NCBI RefSeq assembly: GCF_964355755.1
Contig: NC_092670.1
Coordinates: 8,670,201 to 8,734,200 of the forward strand
Length of the DNA stretch: 64,000 nt
Direction: 5' to 3'
Source: Antedon mediterranea
Taxonomy: Eukaryota; Animalia; Echinodermata
The notes below the pieces were generated by a model, which was not told the origin of the DNA, made no database searches, and saw only the letters and a list, made by a program, of their open reading frames with translations. The position numbers and the translations under genes are program-made. This document shows, piece by piece, positions 24,001 through 39,000 of the stretch. Positions within the stretch are counted from its first letter, which is position 1. Each line of letters begins with the position of its first letter.

Positions 24001-27000
24001 ACAGTAAATCAGTAGGCCTAATGATTATGATTTATTTCAGGATGGGAACACCCCACTACATCTATATCTTAGCATATTCACTACAAAGTTTGGCTATCGT
24101 CGGATGGGGGGTGGTCAATTTGAATTAGAGATACTGAACAGTCTTGTACATCCAGATGCATTAACCACATCAAACAAAGTAATGTACAATACGTTTTAAC
24201 AAAAATAATGTAAACTTTGAACATGTCTAATTTTTTTTCCTGTAAAGGCAATAAAGCATAGTGCACCAATGTAATGACATAGCATAGTATTGTGTTTCAT
24301 CTTTATTATATTACAAAGCAGGATCCACATTCATGAAATATGGCTTGGGTCTTGCTTCAAAGTAATTATGTAATTTAAAAGAGGAATACTGACAGGATTC
24401 TCAAAAAGTAAATCTAAAATCATTGCAGATGTTTGTAGATCAGTACTAAAGCCTTTTTCAAAATCTTAAAGTAGCAACATGGCAATCTTATAGCATCTAG
24501 TTGTAATCCAGTAGGCCTTAATAATTATGATAGTTCATAAACAGTAGCAAAATATTCATCCTAATAGCATCCTCTCCTCAGGGAGTGAACTATATACTTA
24601 TGTGCACGTAAGGCAACAGACCAATTGTAAAGCATTTGAAACCAGTTATAGGCCTTGATAATTATGATTCTTTGCAGGATGGAGACACACCACTACATCT
24701 ATATCTAAGGAGTTCTGAAGTTAAATTAGAGATAGTAAACTGTCTCGTAACCAGTTCATCAACCACATCGCCAAACAATGTATGTACATTTAATTTAATA
24801 CAAATAGTTCATAAACAATAGAACAATCCCTTGGTATTAGACATTTCTAGTCTAAACAACACAGCCCCCACTGATAAGAAAGTGCTTATTTTCAACAAGC
24901 TGGTGTAACACAAATAAAATCACAAAAATTATGGAACATAGGGGAATCTATAGATCGATAATTATTGGAATGTATGATCAATAGAAATGTTTTTCCTACA
25001 CCAGGCCTTCAAGGCTCTATTAGAGTCACCAGACATAAATGTATCTACATTTCTGAAGTCTGAAGTCTTCTTAAAACAAGGATCACGACATTGAATAGCA
25101 CATGCAATGTAACGCATTATATTGCACATTGTGGAAGATACATTTTCAAAATACAGAAACAAATGTAAATGCCAATTGTATTCATCTAGAAACCAATCTA
25201 TCCCTTGATAATTATGATTCCTTGCAGAATGGATACACACCACTACATCTATATCTAAGTAGGAGATCTGATGTTAAATTAGAGATAATAAACTGTCTCG
25301 TAACCAACGGTGCATCAATCACAACTCCAAACAATGTATGTATTTAATTTTACAAATAGTTTATTAACGGTAAGCCAACATTTTTAATTGCAATAATAGG
25401 TATTAGACATTCATATAAAAAAAATACAGCTTGAATTGAAAATTGATTAAATTATAAATTAAATTAATAAAATAAATTAAAAAATACATTGATTTAATTA
25501 GTTAAAATTGGATGATTGATTGATTGACTGAATTTCTTTATTAACCAGAGTCGCATAATTATCTGATCAGAATGGTCCTGTGAATTACCAATTTTGTTTT
25601 AGTAAGACTTTATAGCTAATCAAATTTGATAAACATCTGTTCATAATCCAGATGGGTCAACATTCATGAGATATGACTTGAGTCTTTGCTTCAAAGTAAT
25701 TGGTCAATAGGATAGGATTCCCAAAAAATAAAAAACTAACCACTCTAGAGTAACTGGTCTCCTAATTTCACTGATTTAGAATATAAAAATATATAGAAAA
25801 TATATATATTAATAAAAATGTGTAAAAATACAACTTTATACTATATTATATTACATATAGAAAAATACAATTTGATTTAGTTGCAAACCATTTTTAATAG
25901 AAAAATGTAACGTAGCATTCATTTAAAAGGAAAGGTGTAAATATTTTTAAAAGTAAGAAGCGACTAGAGATAAATTAACCACAAACAAAGTAATGTGCTA
26001 TTAATTTATAGTTCATCCAATGTAATGATATAACACAGTAATCAGTATTACACAATTATCATTGTACAGTGTGAAAGATACATTTTACAAAATAAAGAAA
26101 ACAAACAAACTGTTATTTTAATTGATTTGATATGAATTTATATGGTTTTTAAATTATTATTATAAGTGCAGATGTTTAGATCAATATTAGAGCCTTTTTA
26201 AAATCTTAAAGTAGCAACAATTTTATATTATCTAGTTTTAAACCAGAAGGTTAAGATAATTATGATATATACTTGAGTATAGTCCATCGTTTAGCTCATC
26301 ATCTGATAAAGTGTGGTATTAAATTTAAGAGAAACTGTCCAGTCTTGTACATCATGATGCATTAATCACATCAAAGTAATGTGCAATAAATGTTAACAAT
26401 TTTGTTTCACCTTAAACTTAATTCTTTTTTCCTATCATGCAATTAAAGTATTGTGTACCCAATGTAATGACATAGCATAGTATTGTGGTTCATCTTTATT
26501 ATATTGCAAAACGGGAAAAATACTGAACCTTTGCAATACAATAAAGAAATAAACATATGACTGATACCTTAAATTAGAGATAGTAAATGTACATTTAATT
26601 TAAAGCTCAGATACAGGCAGGAATTTTAAATATAATATCTGGTTGATTGTACATAAATCAAATATTTGTAATAGAAATCAAGATGAAAAAACATGAATTT
26701 CCCTTAAAATGGTCAAATACAAAATTTGGCAAAATTCTGCTATAAAAACCAGGAAGACTTTTTTTCAGTAGTTAGGTAGTTTTACCTAGTGTAATAACAT
26801 GTCTGATGACTCCCTAGATGGTGAAAAAAGATGGTGGATATACGGTGGATAATTTTTGCTATAGCATGGAAATAAAACTCTGAAGTTGAATAAAAATACT
26901 AGAAATGTAACATTCAAGTTATATTACCTATATTTAGTCATCTGATAACATATTTTACCACACCATTTATTTTTCATAGCTTTTTAAAAAGCCTCTCTAT

Positions 27001-30000
27001 TTACACAATTTGTGTACAAAAGAATAGAGATATTACTGTGTAATTTGAAGTATTCTCCCACTGATAAGAAAGTGCTTATTTTCAACCAGCTCGTGTAACA
27101 CAAAAAAAATCCCAAAAATTGTGAAACATAGGGGAAACTATAGGTCGATGTTTATTGGAATGATCAATAGAAATGTTTTGCCTGCACCTGGCCTTTAATA
27201 CAAATAGTTCATAAACAGTAGGCCAATATTCTAATAGCACCCTCTCATCGGGGATTAAACTTATATCCTGCCGTGCATGTAAAGGCAACAGACCAATTTT
27301 AAAGAATGAAACCAGTTATAGGCCTTGATAGTTATTATTTTTTTTTTTTTTTTTTATTCAGTATATTACACAGAGGCGCCTTACAAGATGGAACCATCTT
27401 AGCTTCAAGGCGCCTCAGATTAACAAATACAACATTTTAAAATAACTAACAGAAACATCAATTAAATCTTCCAGAATTAACAAGAAATTGTTGTACATAA
27501 TAAAATAATAAAGCATTTTCACAATTCGAAAGAAGATCGGAACCAAAAATAAAAATTTCACTTAAAAATGTAAAATTAAATGTTAAAGAAAAATCCTTGG
27601 CTAAGATATCCTCAATAATTGAGTTAGCGCTTACAAGTAGAATATCTCTTTGTGTATTATAATTAGGGCAGTAACATAAGAAATGAAGCGGATTCTCAAC
27701 ATTAAAGCCACAAGTACAATTTGGATTGTCCCGAAGTCCATGTAAGAATAAATGCGAATTGAGACAGCTGAAACCAAGTCGGATTCTAGTGTGAATTTGG
27801 TTAATCTTCTTATCACCTGTATCATAATAAGAACGTTTTTTTGTTTCAAACAAATTGGATTTCAGTAGCAATTTTTTAAACTCAACAAGAAATGAGGAAT
27901 TTTTTATTTCATTATTTAACTCATTCCAATGTGTTATAATAGATGGGACAAAAGATAAACGATATGATGTGGTCTTACAAAATGGAATTATTATATTTCG
28001 GATGTTACGCAAGTTATAAACTTCAATATTGTCAGAAAAATTAAATAAGGAGTAAAGATACACTGGTGTTAACTTATGAATAATTTTAAAAAACAGTATT
28101 AGGTTAAGAAATTGTCTACGTTTTTCCAATGATAACCAGCCTAATTCTTGTCTTAATGCATTATGACTTGTATGTTTCCACGCACCAGTACATATTCTAC
28201 CTGCAGAAATCTGGATATTTTCTAGTTCATCACTTAATTTAACTGGGATATTACACCAAACAGGAGCTGCATATTCCATTAATGGTCTAACGTGTGATAT
28301 GTAAATGTGACAGAGAGCCTGTCGAGGTAGAATATGTTTGACACGACGTAGCATATTTAAAGATAAAGACGCTTTGTTAATTACAGATTGGATATGGGAA
28401 TCCCACTTGAGTTTTGCATTAAGCATTACACCAAGATGCCTATGATCATTTACAAATTGTAGATTTACATTATTGAAATTTAAACTAACATAGTTATCTA
28501 AATGTTTACGTGTAAACAGTATAGCTTTCGTTTTGTTAGCATTGAATGTTACTTTCCATTTTTTTGCCCAATTATAAATGACATTAAGATCACCATTTAA
28601 TTTTTGTTCTGAAATATTACGATCTGTACAAATATCATATAACGAAGTATCATCTGCATATAAACTAATATTAGATTTGATATTATCAACCATATCATTT
28701 ATGAATACAATAAATAAAAATGGACCCAAAACAGATCCTTGGGGTACTCCTGCTGTAATGGTCACCCAAGGACTGGTAGTTCCTTCAATAATAACACGTT
28801 GCTCACGTGAGTTTAAGTAACTTTGGAACCATTTTAGAAGAGTGCCATTAATTCCATATTGATTTAATTTGTATATAATCCCATTATGCCAAACTTTATC
28901 GAAGGCTTTGGAAATATCCAAAAATACCGAGATTACTTCTTTCCTTAAATCTAAAGCTCTATTAAATGTATCTATAAGATAAAGAAGTTGATACGTTGTC
29001 GAGTCACCTGGTGTAAAACCAGATTGGAATTGAGTAAGAAGTTTATTATCCACAAAGTATTTATATACTATATCAAAAACTGCACGCTCAAAAATTTTTG
29101 CAAAGTTGGAAAGTATGGATATAGGGCGGTAGTTCTCAATAAGAGATTTATTGCCTTTTTTATGCAGAGGAATGACATTTGATTTTTTCCATTCCACAGG
29201 AAAATATCCTTGGCTTATGCAGAAGTTATAAAGCTTTGTCAAATGGGGTGCAATAATTTCAGCAGATTCTATTAGTATGATACTGTGAATTTCATCAGGT
29301 CCCATCGCCTTGTTTTTATCCAGCATAGTTAATAATTTCATGATCTCATCAACAGATAATTTGAGAGTTGAGAGTCTCGATGCAGTTCTATATGTGAAGT
29401 CCGAAGGAAAATCATCATGATTAGGAATAAACGATTGAGATTTAAAATAATTGTTAAACGCTTTAACTTTCTCACTATTTAAAGTTAGGACATCATCGTT
29501 TAATTTGATTGGAGGAATCTTATAATATTGTTTGGAATTACAAACTGAATTTATGGTAGACCACCAAGTTTTTGAATCACAGTTTTTATTCATTAATAAA
29601 TCAAATTGTTTATCCAAAAAAGTTTGTTTAGCTTTTCTTATTGCTTTAACAACTTTTGCGCGAATTTTCTTAAAACGTTGCATATGCGAATTTGAGTTAT
29701 TTCGAGTGGAATGGGCGCGATTTCTTTTGCGAATAAGAGTTCTAATATGCGCATTAATCCAAGGCTTGTCATTAGGACGCACAGTTATAATTTTAGATAT
29801 AATATAGTTATCAACACAATTATTAAATAAGTCAATCCAATTATGACAAACATCTTCAACCTTTGAAGATGAATAAACTTCTTCCCAATTTACAGAATTA
29901 AGAGCATTACGATATAAATTAAAATCAGTTTTTTCAAAAAGATATATTTTACGATTGTATGGCTTGTCCCGTGTGATACGAATATCAATATTTGCATATA

Positions 30001-33000
30001 CTGGACTGTGATCACAATTTAAAAGTGGGCACAATGCACCAAAATCATTAATATATACATTTTGACTAGTAACTATATGGTCAATACAAGACCGTTGGTC
30101 TTTTATACAACGTGTTGGCATATTGATGTGTTGAGTTAAACCGTTTTGTTGTAAAAATTCGTAAAATGATTTTCCAAATCTATTTGTGTTTCCATCATTG
30201 TACCAGTTGTTATTTTGAGCATTCATATCGCCCATCATTAAAGTTAAGCTGTGTCGAGACAAAACAAAGTTATTAGTACTGTTTTGAAAATAGTCAAGTA
30301 GATCCTGATCAGATTGAACATCACTTTGTGGTGGCCTATAACATACATAAGTCAAAATCGTCCAGTTTGAAACTTGTATTTCACACCTTATCACATCTGA
30401 CAAGAGATCATTGCAAATATGGGAATTAACTAAGTGTATAGAATTAGATATGTAAAAAGCACATCCGCCGCCATGGCGGTTTCTATCATTTCTAATAGGT
30501 TCTTGATAACCGTCTAGTAAAATGTCATGGTTCAAGATAGTTTGATCTAGCCATGTTTCTGTTAAAGCAATAATATCATAGTTATTTAAATTTGCTAGGT
30601 GTTGAATTTCAGCTAGTTTACCTGGAACGATTAGACTACGTATGTTAATATGGTAAACTGTAAACTGTTCCGGACCAGGATTTGGATGTATATCGCCGCA
30701 CATTAAAAGCATGCAGATTAGAACATTATTACGCCCCAAATTTATGATAAATAAATTATCCATTATCAGTAAAAAAAATAAGTAAAGTACTCACTTTAAA
30801 AACGCTAGCACATATGAGAACACTTAGCCAAACGAACATAGTAAACATTGAAATAAAAACAAGAGAACACGTTTTTGCTATCTAAAATCAACAAATAATG
30901 GTCAAATTCCGTCGGTAAGAAACGTACTGTTAATGACACCGCACAGTCTAAACGTTCTTAATGTTCAGCAATCAGTCGTTCAAAATCATTTTCATTCTTG
31001 ATATGCTTGGGTTTTTCTTCACCTTTACACAGGGCCCATATCTTGCATCTGTTAGTCCAGGCACGTTGAACTCCATCATGGTGTCTTACCTTCCAAAAGA
31101 GATTGAAATTTGCTTTTGTTAGGTCTTCCGAGATATAAACCGGCATACCCTTCAGTTTGGATTTGGCTGCAAACACATTGTTACGGGTCCTGATTGAATT
31201 GAACCGAACAATTATTGGCCTAGGCTTGTCAGTAATAGGACCGATTCGATGAGATACTTCAATATCGTCGGACTTGAAAGTGATACCCATTTTGTCGCGA
31301 ATAACCTCCGCCACCAAATCATCAGTTGACTTTGTCGAGTCCTGTAAACCGTAGAATCTAAGGTTATTACGACGTGAATATTGTTCTAAATAGTCCAATC
31401 TGGTTTCAATATTACTGATTTGCTCCTGCAGTTTATCAAATGCTTTGTTTAATGTCTCAGTAATAGAAGTAGTCAGCTCCTGAAGCAAGTCTTTCTTCAG
31501 CTTATCAACATCTAACTTCGGGGCCATGATTACACTTGCTTTTTTACAGTACCACCACTGTTTTACATATCAGGTCACAATCACAGCTGGTAATTTCGGC
31601 CAAATTTACTAATTTGCATAAGTGACGCAGATGTTTGGAAACCTTATTGAAGGATTTTGATTTGCATATGGCTAGCACAGTAATAGTTAACCTTGCAGCG
31701 CTTTCAACGGCGAGCCAATGGCAATAGATGCGGTATCATGGGGGTAAAATACTCACTGCTTATTTACACCGACAGAGCATTGACCATCATCTTTAAAAGT
31801 TTACATGATAAGTCCTAGATTCTATTTACGATGATAATGATACAATCGGGAAAAAACAAAGATAAATGTCTCTTTGAAAGGTGAAAATCGAGAGCAAAAA
31901 AGTTGTACGTGCTCACTCACCCAATGTCTCTGCTTATAGTTATTATTCTTTTCAGGATGGAGACACACCACTACATCTATATCTAAGTAGGAGATCTGAA
32001 GTTAAATTAGAGATAATAAACTGTCTCGTAACTAACGGTGCATCAATCACAACTCCAAACAATGTATGTACATTTAATTTTACAAATAGTTTAATTACAA
32101 TTGTAATTCTAAACCAATGAGGCTTAATAATTATGATTTATTTCAGGATGGAAACACCCCACTACATCTATATCTTAGCTTATTCCGATTCAGTTATTTT
32201 GGCTATAAATTTGGTTATGATCTGATGGAGGATAACAAATTTGAATTAGAGATACTGAACAGACTTGTACATCCAGATGCATTAACCACATCAAACAAAG
32301 TAATGTACAATACATTTTAACAAATAATGTAAACCTTTAACATGTCTAATTGTTTTTTCTTATCAATTTGTCATAGAATTAAAGTATTATAGTGCACCTG
32401 ATGTATTGACATAGCATAGTATTGTATTTCAACTTTATACAGAATAATACAATTTGATTTAGTTGAAAACCATTTTTAATAGAAAAATGTAATGCAGAAT
32501 ACTATTGGACATTCATTTAAAAGGAATGGCTTAAATATTTTTAAAAAGTAAGAAGATAAGACTAGAGATACATTAACCACAAACAAAATAATTTACTACT
32601 ATGGGGCCTGTGTCTGCTGCAACTGCTCAAAGTATGGTATAACTTATACCGTATTTTTATACGGTATTTTTTATACCGTATTTTTAGTACCCCGTTTCTG
32701 CTAACAATACTTCTTGGGTGGTCGTGTTAAATTTCATCCTTTTTACCCAAATTGCCATTCATTTATTTGGTCGATAATTAAAAGTCGCAATACAGGAGGT
32801 TTTACGTCTCGCTTTCAACAGCCTAGCCCTAGTTATAGGGCCCGTTTCTGCTGCCAACCCAAAATATACCGTATAAACATACCGTATATATACCGTATAT
32901 GAAATTCGTGCACCGTTTCCGCTGCACATACTTCGTGGGTGGGTTGTAAAAAAGTTGGCTTTCATTACCCAAAATGCATTTCGTGAGACGGAAGTATGGA

Positions 33001-36000
33001 TTGACATCGTGTAGTGAGGTTTTTACCTACATGCTGACAAAAACAAAACAATGATGGTTTCTCAAAACGTCGTAGCATTGCTTTCTATTTTAAATCTAAT
33101 GAGCAGAAGTGGCAACGAATTTACACCGCACATACAAGCACAATCTAGAAATGTCACTATAAATATATAAACTCTGTTATTCAAATTGAGTTTATATTAT
33201 GCTATATTATCCTATATTGCCGTTTTAATTTCCATTTTCTATTATAGAGTACAGTATTTTACCATGATTTTACATCACGTTGTTGTCGTCAGGGAGTTGT
33301 TATTAGACTCCCGGTTGTCGTGTAAGAACATTCGATTTATTGTAATTAAAATCTCGGTATCTCTTCTGTTGCCATGCAGTCTCCCCCCAACTTTCGCTTC
33401 CCCCCACAATTGAATTGCAAAAATAGTGATTTGTTCGGTCCACAGTGACATTTTGATCTGTTGCTTGCTTTTACACGTGTTTTTCAACTTTCAATGCAGT
33501 AGAAAAACCAAAACAAACGCGTCGCGCTCTGTTAGTTTTTGACCTCGTGTCATGAGTCGGGTCACATTTACGGTATATTTTGAGTGCAGCAGAAACGGGG
33601 AACGAAATATACGGTATATTTTGGAATATACCGTATAATATCCACAAACGATGGGCCCCGTTTCTGCTGCCAAAAATATACCGTATATATACGGTATATT
33701 TTATATACGGTATATTTTTTGGCAGCAGAAATGGGTCTCATAAAAAATATACCGTATATATTTGCGGTATATATACTGCATAAATATCCCCATCGTTTGT
33801 GGATATTATACGGTATATTCCAAAATATACCGTATATTTCGTTCCCCGTTTCTGCTGCACTCAAAATATACCGTAAATGTGACCCGACTCATGACACGAG
33901 GTAAAAAACTAACAGAGCGCGACGCGTTTGTTTTGGTTTTTCTGCTGCATTGAAAGTTGAAACACACGTGTAAAAGCAAGCAACAGATCAAAATGTCACT
34001 GTGGACCGAACAAATCACTATTTTTGCAATTCAATTGTGGGGGGAAGCGAAGGTTGGGGGAAGACTGCATGGCAACAGAAGCGATACCAAGATTTTAATT
34101 ACAATAAATCGAATGTTCTTACACAACGTGATGTAAAATCATGGTAAAATACTGTATAATAGAAAATGGAAATTAAAACGGCAATATAGGATAATATAGC
34201 ATAATATAAACTCAATTTGAATAACAGAGTTTATTTATAGTGAAATTTCTAGATTGTGCTTGTATGTGCGGTGTAAATTCGTTGCTACTTCTACTCATTA
34301 GATTTAAAATAGAAAGCAATGCTACGACGTTTTGAGAACCATCATTGTTTTGTAAAAACCTCACTCACACGAGGTCAATCCATACTTCCGTCTCACGAAA
34401 TGCATTTTGGGTAATGAAAGCCAACTTTTTTACAACCCACCCACGAAGTATGTGCAGCGGAAACGGTGCACGAATTTCATATACGGTATATATACGGTAT
34501 ATTTATACGGTATATTTATACGGTATATTTTGGGTTGGCAGCAGAAACGGGCCCATGGGGATATTTATGCAGTATATATACCGCAAATATATACGGTATA
34601 TTTTTTATGAGACCCATTTCTGCTGCCAAAAAATATACCGTATATAAAATATACCGTATATATACGGTATATTTTTGGCAGCAGAAACGAGGCCATAGAG
34701 ATGTTGTGAGAGCACAGAAAACATCGTAATGGGGACAAGTAATTCGTTCCCTCCCCCGAGTTATTGTCTTTTGCAATGTTGTACTGCTTTTGTATGCTCT
34801 TCAACTTTGAGTTTACTTGCTTTGGAGACAAGTCTATTCCGTACTCCTGCTTTATTTTTTTAGAAATGTCTTTATAAATGTGGTTGTCCCTTTTATTACC
34901 TTTTAGTTGGCCGGACATTTTAGCTTCCCCACCCATATTTGAAAATTGGTAATAATATTTTATACCACTAAATTACAGTTGAACCACTCTCATTTGTACA
35001 CCCCTGTTTAAGGGACACCCTTATTAAGGAGTCAAGACTTACTGTTAAAACAAAAAGCTACATGCCTAACCTTCCCCACACAGATTTATATAGTAACTAC
35101 TGTGACGCCTTCGCTCCACATTTTCGCCGAATATATCTATGCACGTGTGTAAAACAGGTGACAGCGACAGAAAATAAAAACACGATGTTGACCTCATGTC
35201 GCAGGTTAAAAAAATACGGTATTTTTTATTGGTAGCAGAAAAGGGTACAAAAAATACGGTATAAATTTGTAAATAGTTTATCCACAAATTTTGTGGGGAA
35301 AATACGGTATACAAAATATGGTATTTTTTTTATGAGCGCAGTTTCTGCTGCCAAAAAAATACGGTATAAATACGGTATTCAAAAAATACCGTATAAAGTA
35401 TAGTATTTTCTTGGCAGCAGAAACAGGGCCTATAATAGTGCATCCAATGTATTACATTATTATCATTGCACATTGTGAAAGATAAGCACATTGTGAATGA
35501 AAGATTGTGCAAAATAAGGAAAACAAAGATAAGACTGTTATTTTAATTGATATGTAATGACATAGCGTAGTATTGTATTCATCTTTATTATGTTGCAAAG
35601 TGGGAATGATACATTTTCCAAAAAAAAACAAAACAAGTAACAGTGTTATTTTTATTTTGAATTGTAAGTTCAACATTAAAGATGTATTGGCCCTCTTGAC
35701 TAATTCCCAAAAAAAAAATAAATAAAAATTCCAGTCAAAGTTTTCGATCAAAACATATCTCATAATCCAACGCTCTGTATGCATAATAAAAACTTCCTCG
35801 CGATCTGTGTGAAAACACCTTCTCAACCGTGACAAGTTGTAAACAATACTAATTAGCATCATGCATAATGCATACTCATGTTTTGAAATCTTTGTTTACT
35901 TTCACTCGCGACGATTTTCCAGACGAAATGTAATCAAATTAATTTACCTGTTAATTATGTAAACGTGTTGTTTTTGGCTCGAATTTTCGACTTAAAGTGA

Positions 36001-39000
36001 ATGACTTTAATATTACTTTGATATGGCAAATTTAAATTTAGAATACTTTGACCTTCATTTTTTTGTGTTTCAATGGACATAATACATCTTTAATTGATGG
36101 GTTTTTTAAATAATCAACATCATGGCAGATGTTTGTAATAGTAAAGTAACAACATGCCCACTTTAGAGCATCTGGTTGCAAACAAGTAGGCCTTTATGAT
36201 TATGATTTTTTTCAGGATGGAAACACCCCACTACATCTATATCTGAGCATATTAAATCCAGAGTTTATAATTTATCTGATGAGGGGTGGTACATTTGAAT
36301 TAGAGATTCTGAACAGTCTTGTTCATCCAGATGCATTAACCACAAACAAAGTATGTACAATACATTTAAACAAATAATTTAAACATTGAACATATCTATC
36401 TTTTTTTTCTTGTGATGGATAGTGCACCCAGTGAAATGACATAGCATTGTGTTTCATCTTTATTATACAAAGCGGGAAACATACTGTACATTTGCAAAAT
36501 ACAATAAAGAAATAAACATATGATGACTGATACCTTAATTATAAATTGATTAGTTAATATGAATTGATCATATTATATTGTAAAGAATGAAACCAGTTAG
36601 TGGCCTTGATAATTATGATTCTTTGCAGGATGGAGACACACCACTACATCTATATCTAAGGAGTTCTGAAGTTCAATTAGAGATAGTAAACTGTCTCATA
36701 ACCAATGGTGCATCAACCACATTTCCAAACAATGTATGTACATTTAATTTAATACAAATAGTTCATAAACAGTAGGCTAATATTTCTAATAGCACTGTCT
36801 CATCGGGGATTAAACTTATATCCTTCCGTGCATGTAAAAGCAACAGACAAATTGTAAGGAATGAAACCAGTTATAGGCCTTGATAATTATGATTCTTTGC
36901 AGGATGGAGACACACCACTACATCTATATCTAAGGAGTTCTGAAGTTCAATTAGAGATAGTAAACTGTCTCATAACCAATGGTGCATCAACCACATTTCC
37001 AAACAATGTATGTACATTTAATTTAATACAAATAGTTCATAAACAGTAGGCTAATATTTCTAATAGCACTGTCTCATCGGGGATTAAACTTATATCCTTC
37101 CGTGCATGTAAAAGCAACAGACAAATTGTAAGGAATGAAACCAGTTATAGGCCTTGATGATTATGATTCTTTGCAGGTTGGAAACACACCACTACATCTA
37201 TATCTGAGATGGAGTTCTGAAGTTAAATTAGAGATAGTAAACTGTCTCATAACCATTGGTGCATCAACCACATCTCCAAACAAGGTATGTACATTTAATT
37301 TAATACAAATAGTTTATAAACAGTAGGACAATATTTCTAAGCACCCTCTCCTCAGGGAGTAAACTCATATCCTTCCCCGCACGTAAGGGCAACAAACCAA
37401 TTGTAATTAAGCATCTCCTTCCGCGCACGTAAGGGCAACAGACCAATTGTAAAGCATCTAAAAACTTGATAATTATGATTCTTTGCAGGATGGAGACACA
37501 CCACTACATCTATATCTGATGAGTTCTGAAGTTAAATTAGAGATAGTAAACTATCTTATAACCAATGGTGCATCAATCACATCTCCAAACAATGTATTTA
37601 CATTTAATTTACACCTCTGGCAAACTATGCCAACAATGTTTTTTTGCTTCCTTATATCAATACAAATCAATTTTTTGCTGTTGGCCGAAAAAAAATTGGG
37701 ATGCTTGGTCAGTACAGGGGCCAAAAGGTCAATATGGTCAAAGTTAAGACTTTGCGTAACTTGGTGAATATTTTTTGTGCCAAACTACTTCGAAGATCCC
37801 TATTCCTATTCACTCTAATGGGAAACTTTTGCCAAAAGTGGACGGAAAACCCTTTTCTGACCACTGGTCAAGAAATTGGTCATATGAATATCTCAGCAAC
37901 CACTGGACAGAAAGTGATAATTGTGGTCTCAAATTTCTTGCAAAGTATATGTTTATATTTGTTCTAATGTATTAAAAATAATAAAACTGTCAATAAACCC
38001 TTAATTTTTTACTTTGACATATAGCCGGCACAAAATTGTTTGCTTGCAGCTCACTTTTCATATATCAGACATTGTTGGGCGGATATGGTTGTAGTTGGTG
38101 TCAAAATACTCAGAAGATACATATTTCTATTCACTTTAATGGACAACTTTTGCCAAAAAATGACCATGAAACTTTATATTTGATCATTGGTCAAGAAAAT
38201 AGCCATATCAATATCTCAGCAACCACTATTAGTGGTTGCTTTCTATATAGAAAGTTATAATTTTAGTCTCAAATTACTCGCAATATATAATTATACTTGC
38301 TCTAATACAACAGAAATACACAAAATGTTTAAAAACACCTTATTTTGACATTGAACCTATAGCTGGTACAAACATTTTTGCGTGGAGCTTACATTTTTAA
38401 TAACTAGCGAATGTTGTCTTTGCTTCAAAATACATTGATATCACTCTAATGAACAAGTGCCAAAAGACATATCATGACCACTGATCAAGAAAATGAAATA
38501 TTTAGCAACCTGGTGGTCACAAAGTGATATTTTTCGTTCATAGACATATTGTATTTCATATTTTAATTATAATTTGTAGATTTAATATGAATTAATGGTT
38601 TTAAAATAAATAATCATCATATTCAGTGCTACTGTATTCATTGCAGATGTTTGTAGGCTAGTAATAGAACTTTTTTGTAAATCTTAAAGTTGCAACATGT
38701 CTATTTTATAGCATGTCATTCTAAACCCGTAGGCTTTAATGGTTATGATTTATTTCAGGATGGAAACACCCCACTACATCTATATCTTAGCTTATTCACT
38801 ACAAAATTGGAATTAGAGATACTGAACAGTCTTGTACATCCAGATGCATTAACCACATCAAACAAAGTAATGTAAAATACATTTTAACAAATAATTTAAA
38901 CCTTTCATTTGTCTAATTATATTTTCCTGTCATGGAATTAAAGTATAGTGCACCCAATGTAATGACATACTGTAAGTATTGCATTTCATCTTTATTATAT

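Larger units (their letters stand above)
27340..31935 (-). mobile_element. Full-length intact APE-type LINE (CR1/L2/Crack group), antisense in an intron
   Basis: 12-bp TSD atagttattatt (27328-27339, 31936-31947), poly(A) tail (T-run 27340-27355), and uninterrupted ORF1 and ORF2. Confidence 0.95.

Noticed and set aside
33491-34776. Many overlapping IYGIF/YTVY ORFs
   Set aside because: Products of ataccgtat subterminal repeats in a palindrome.
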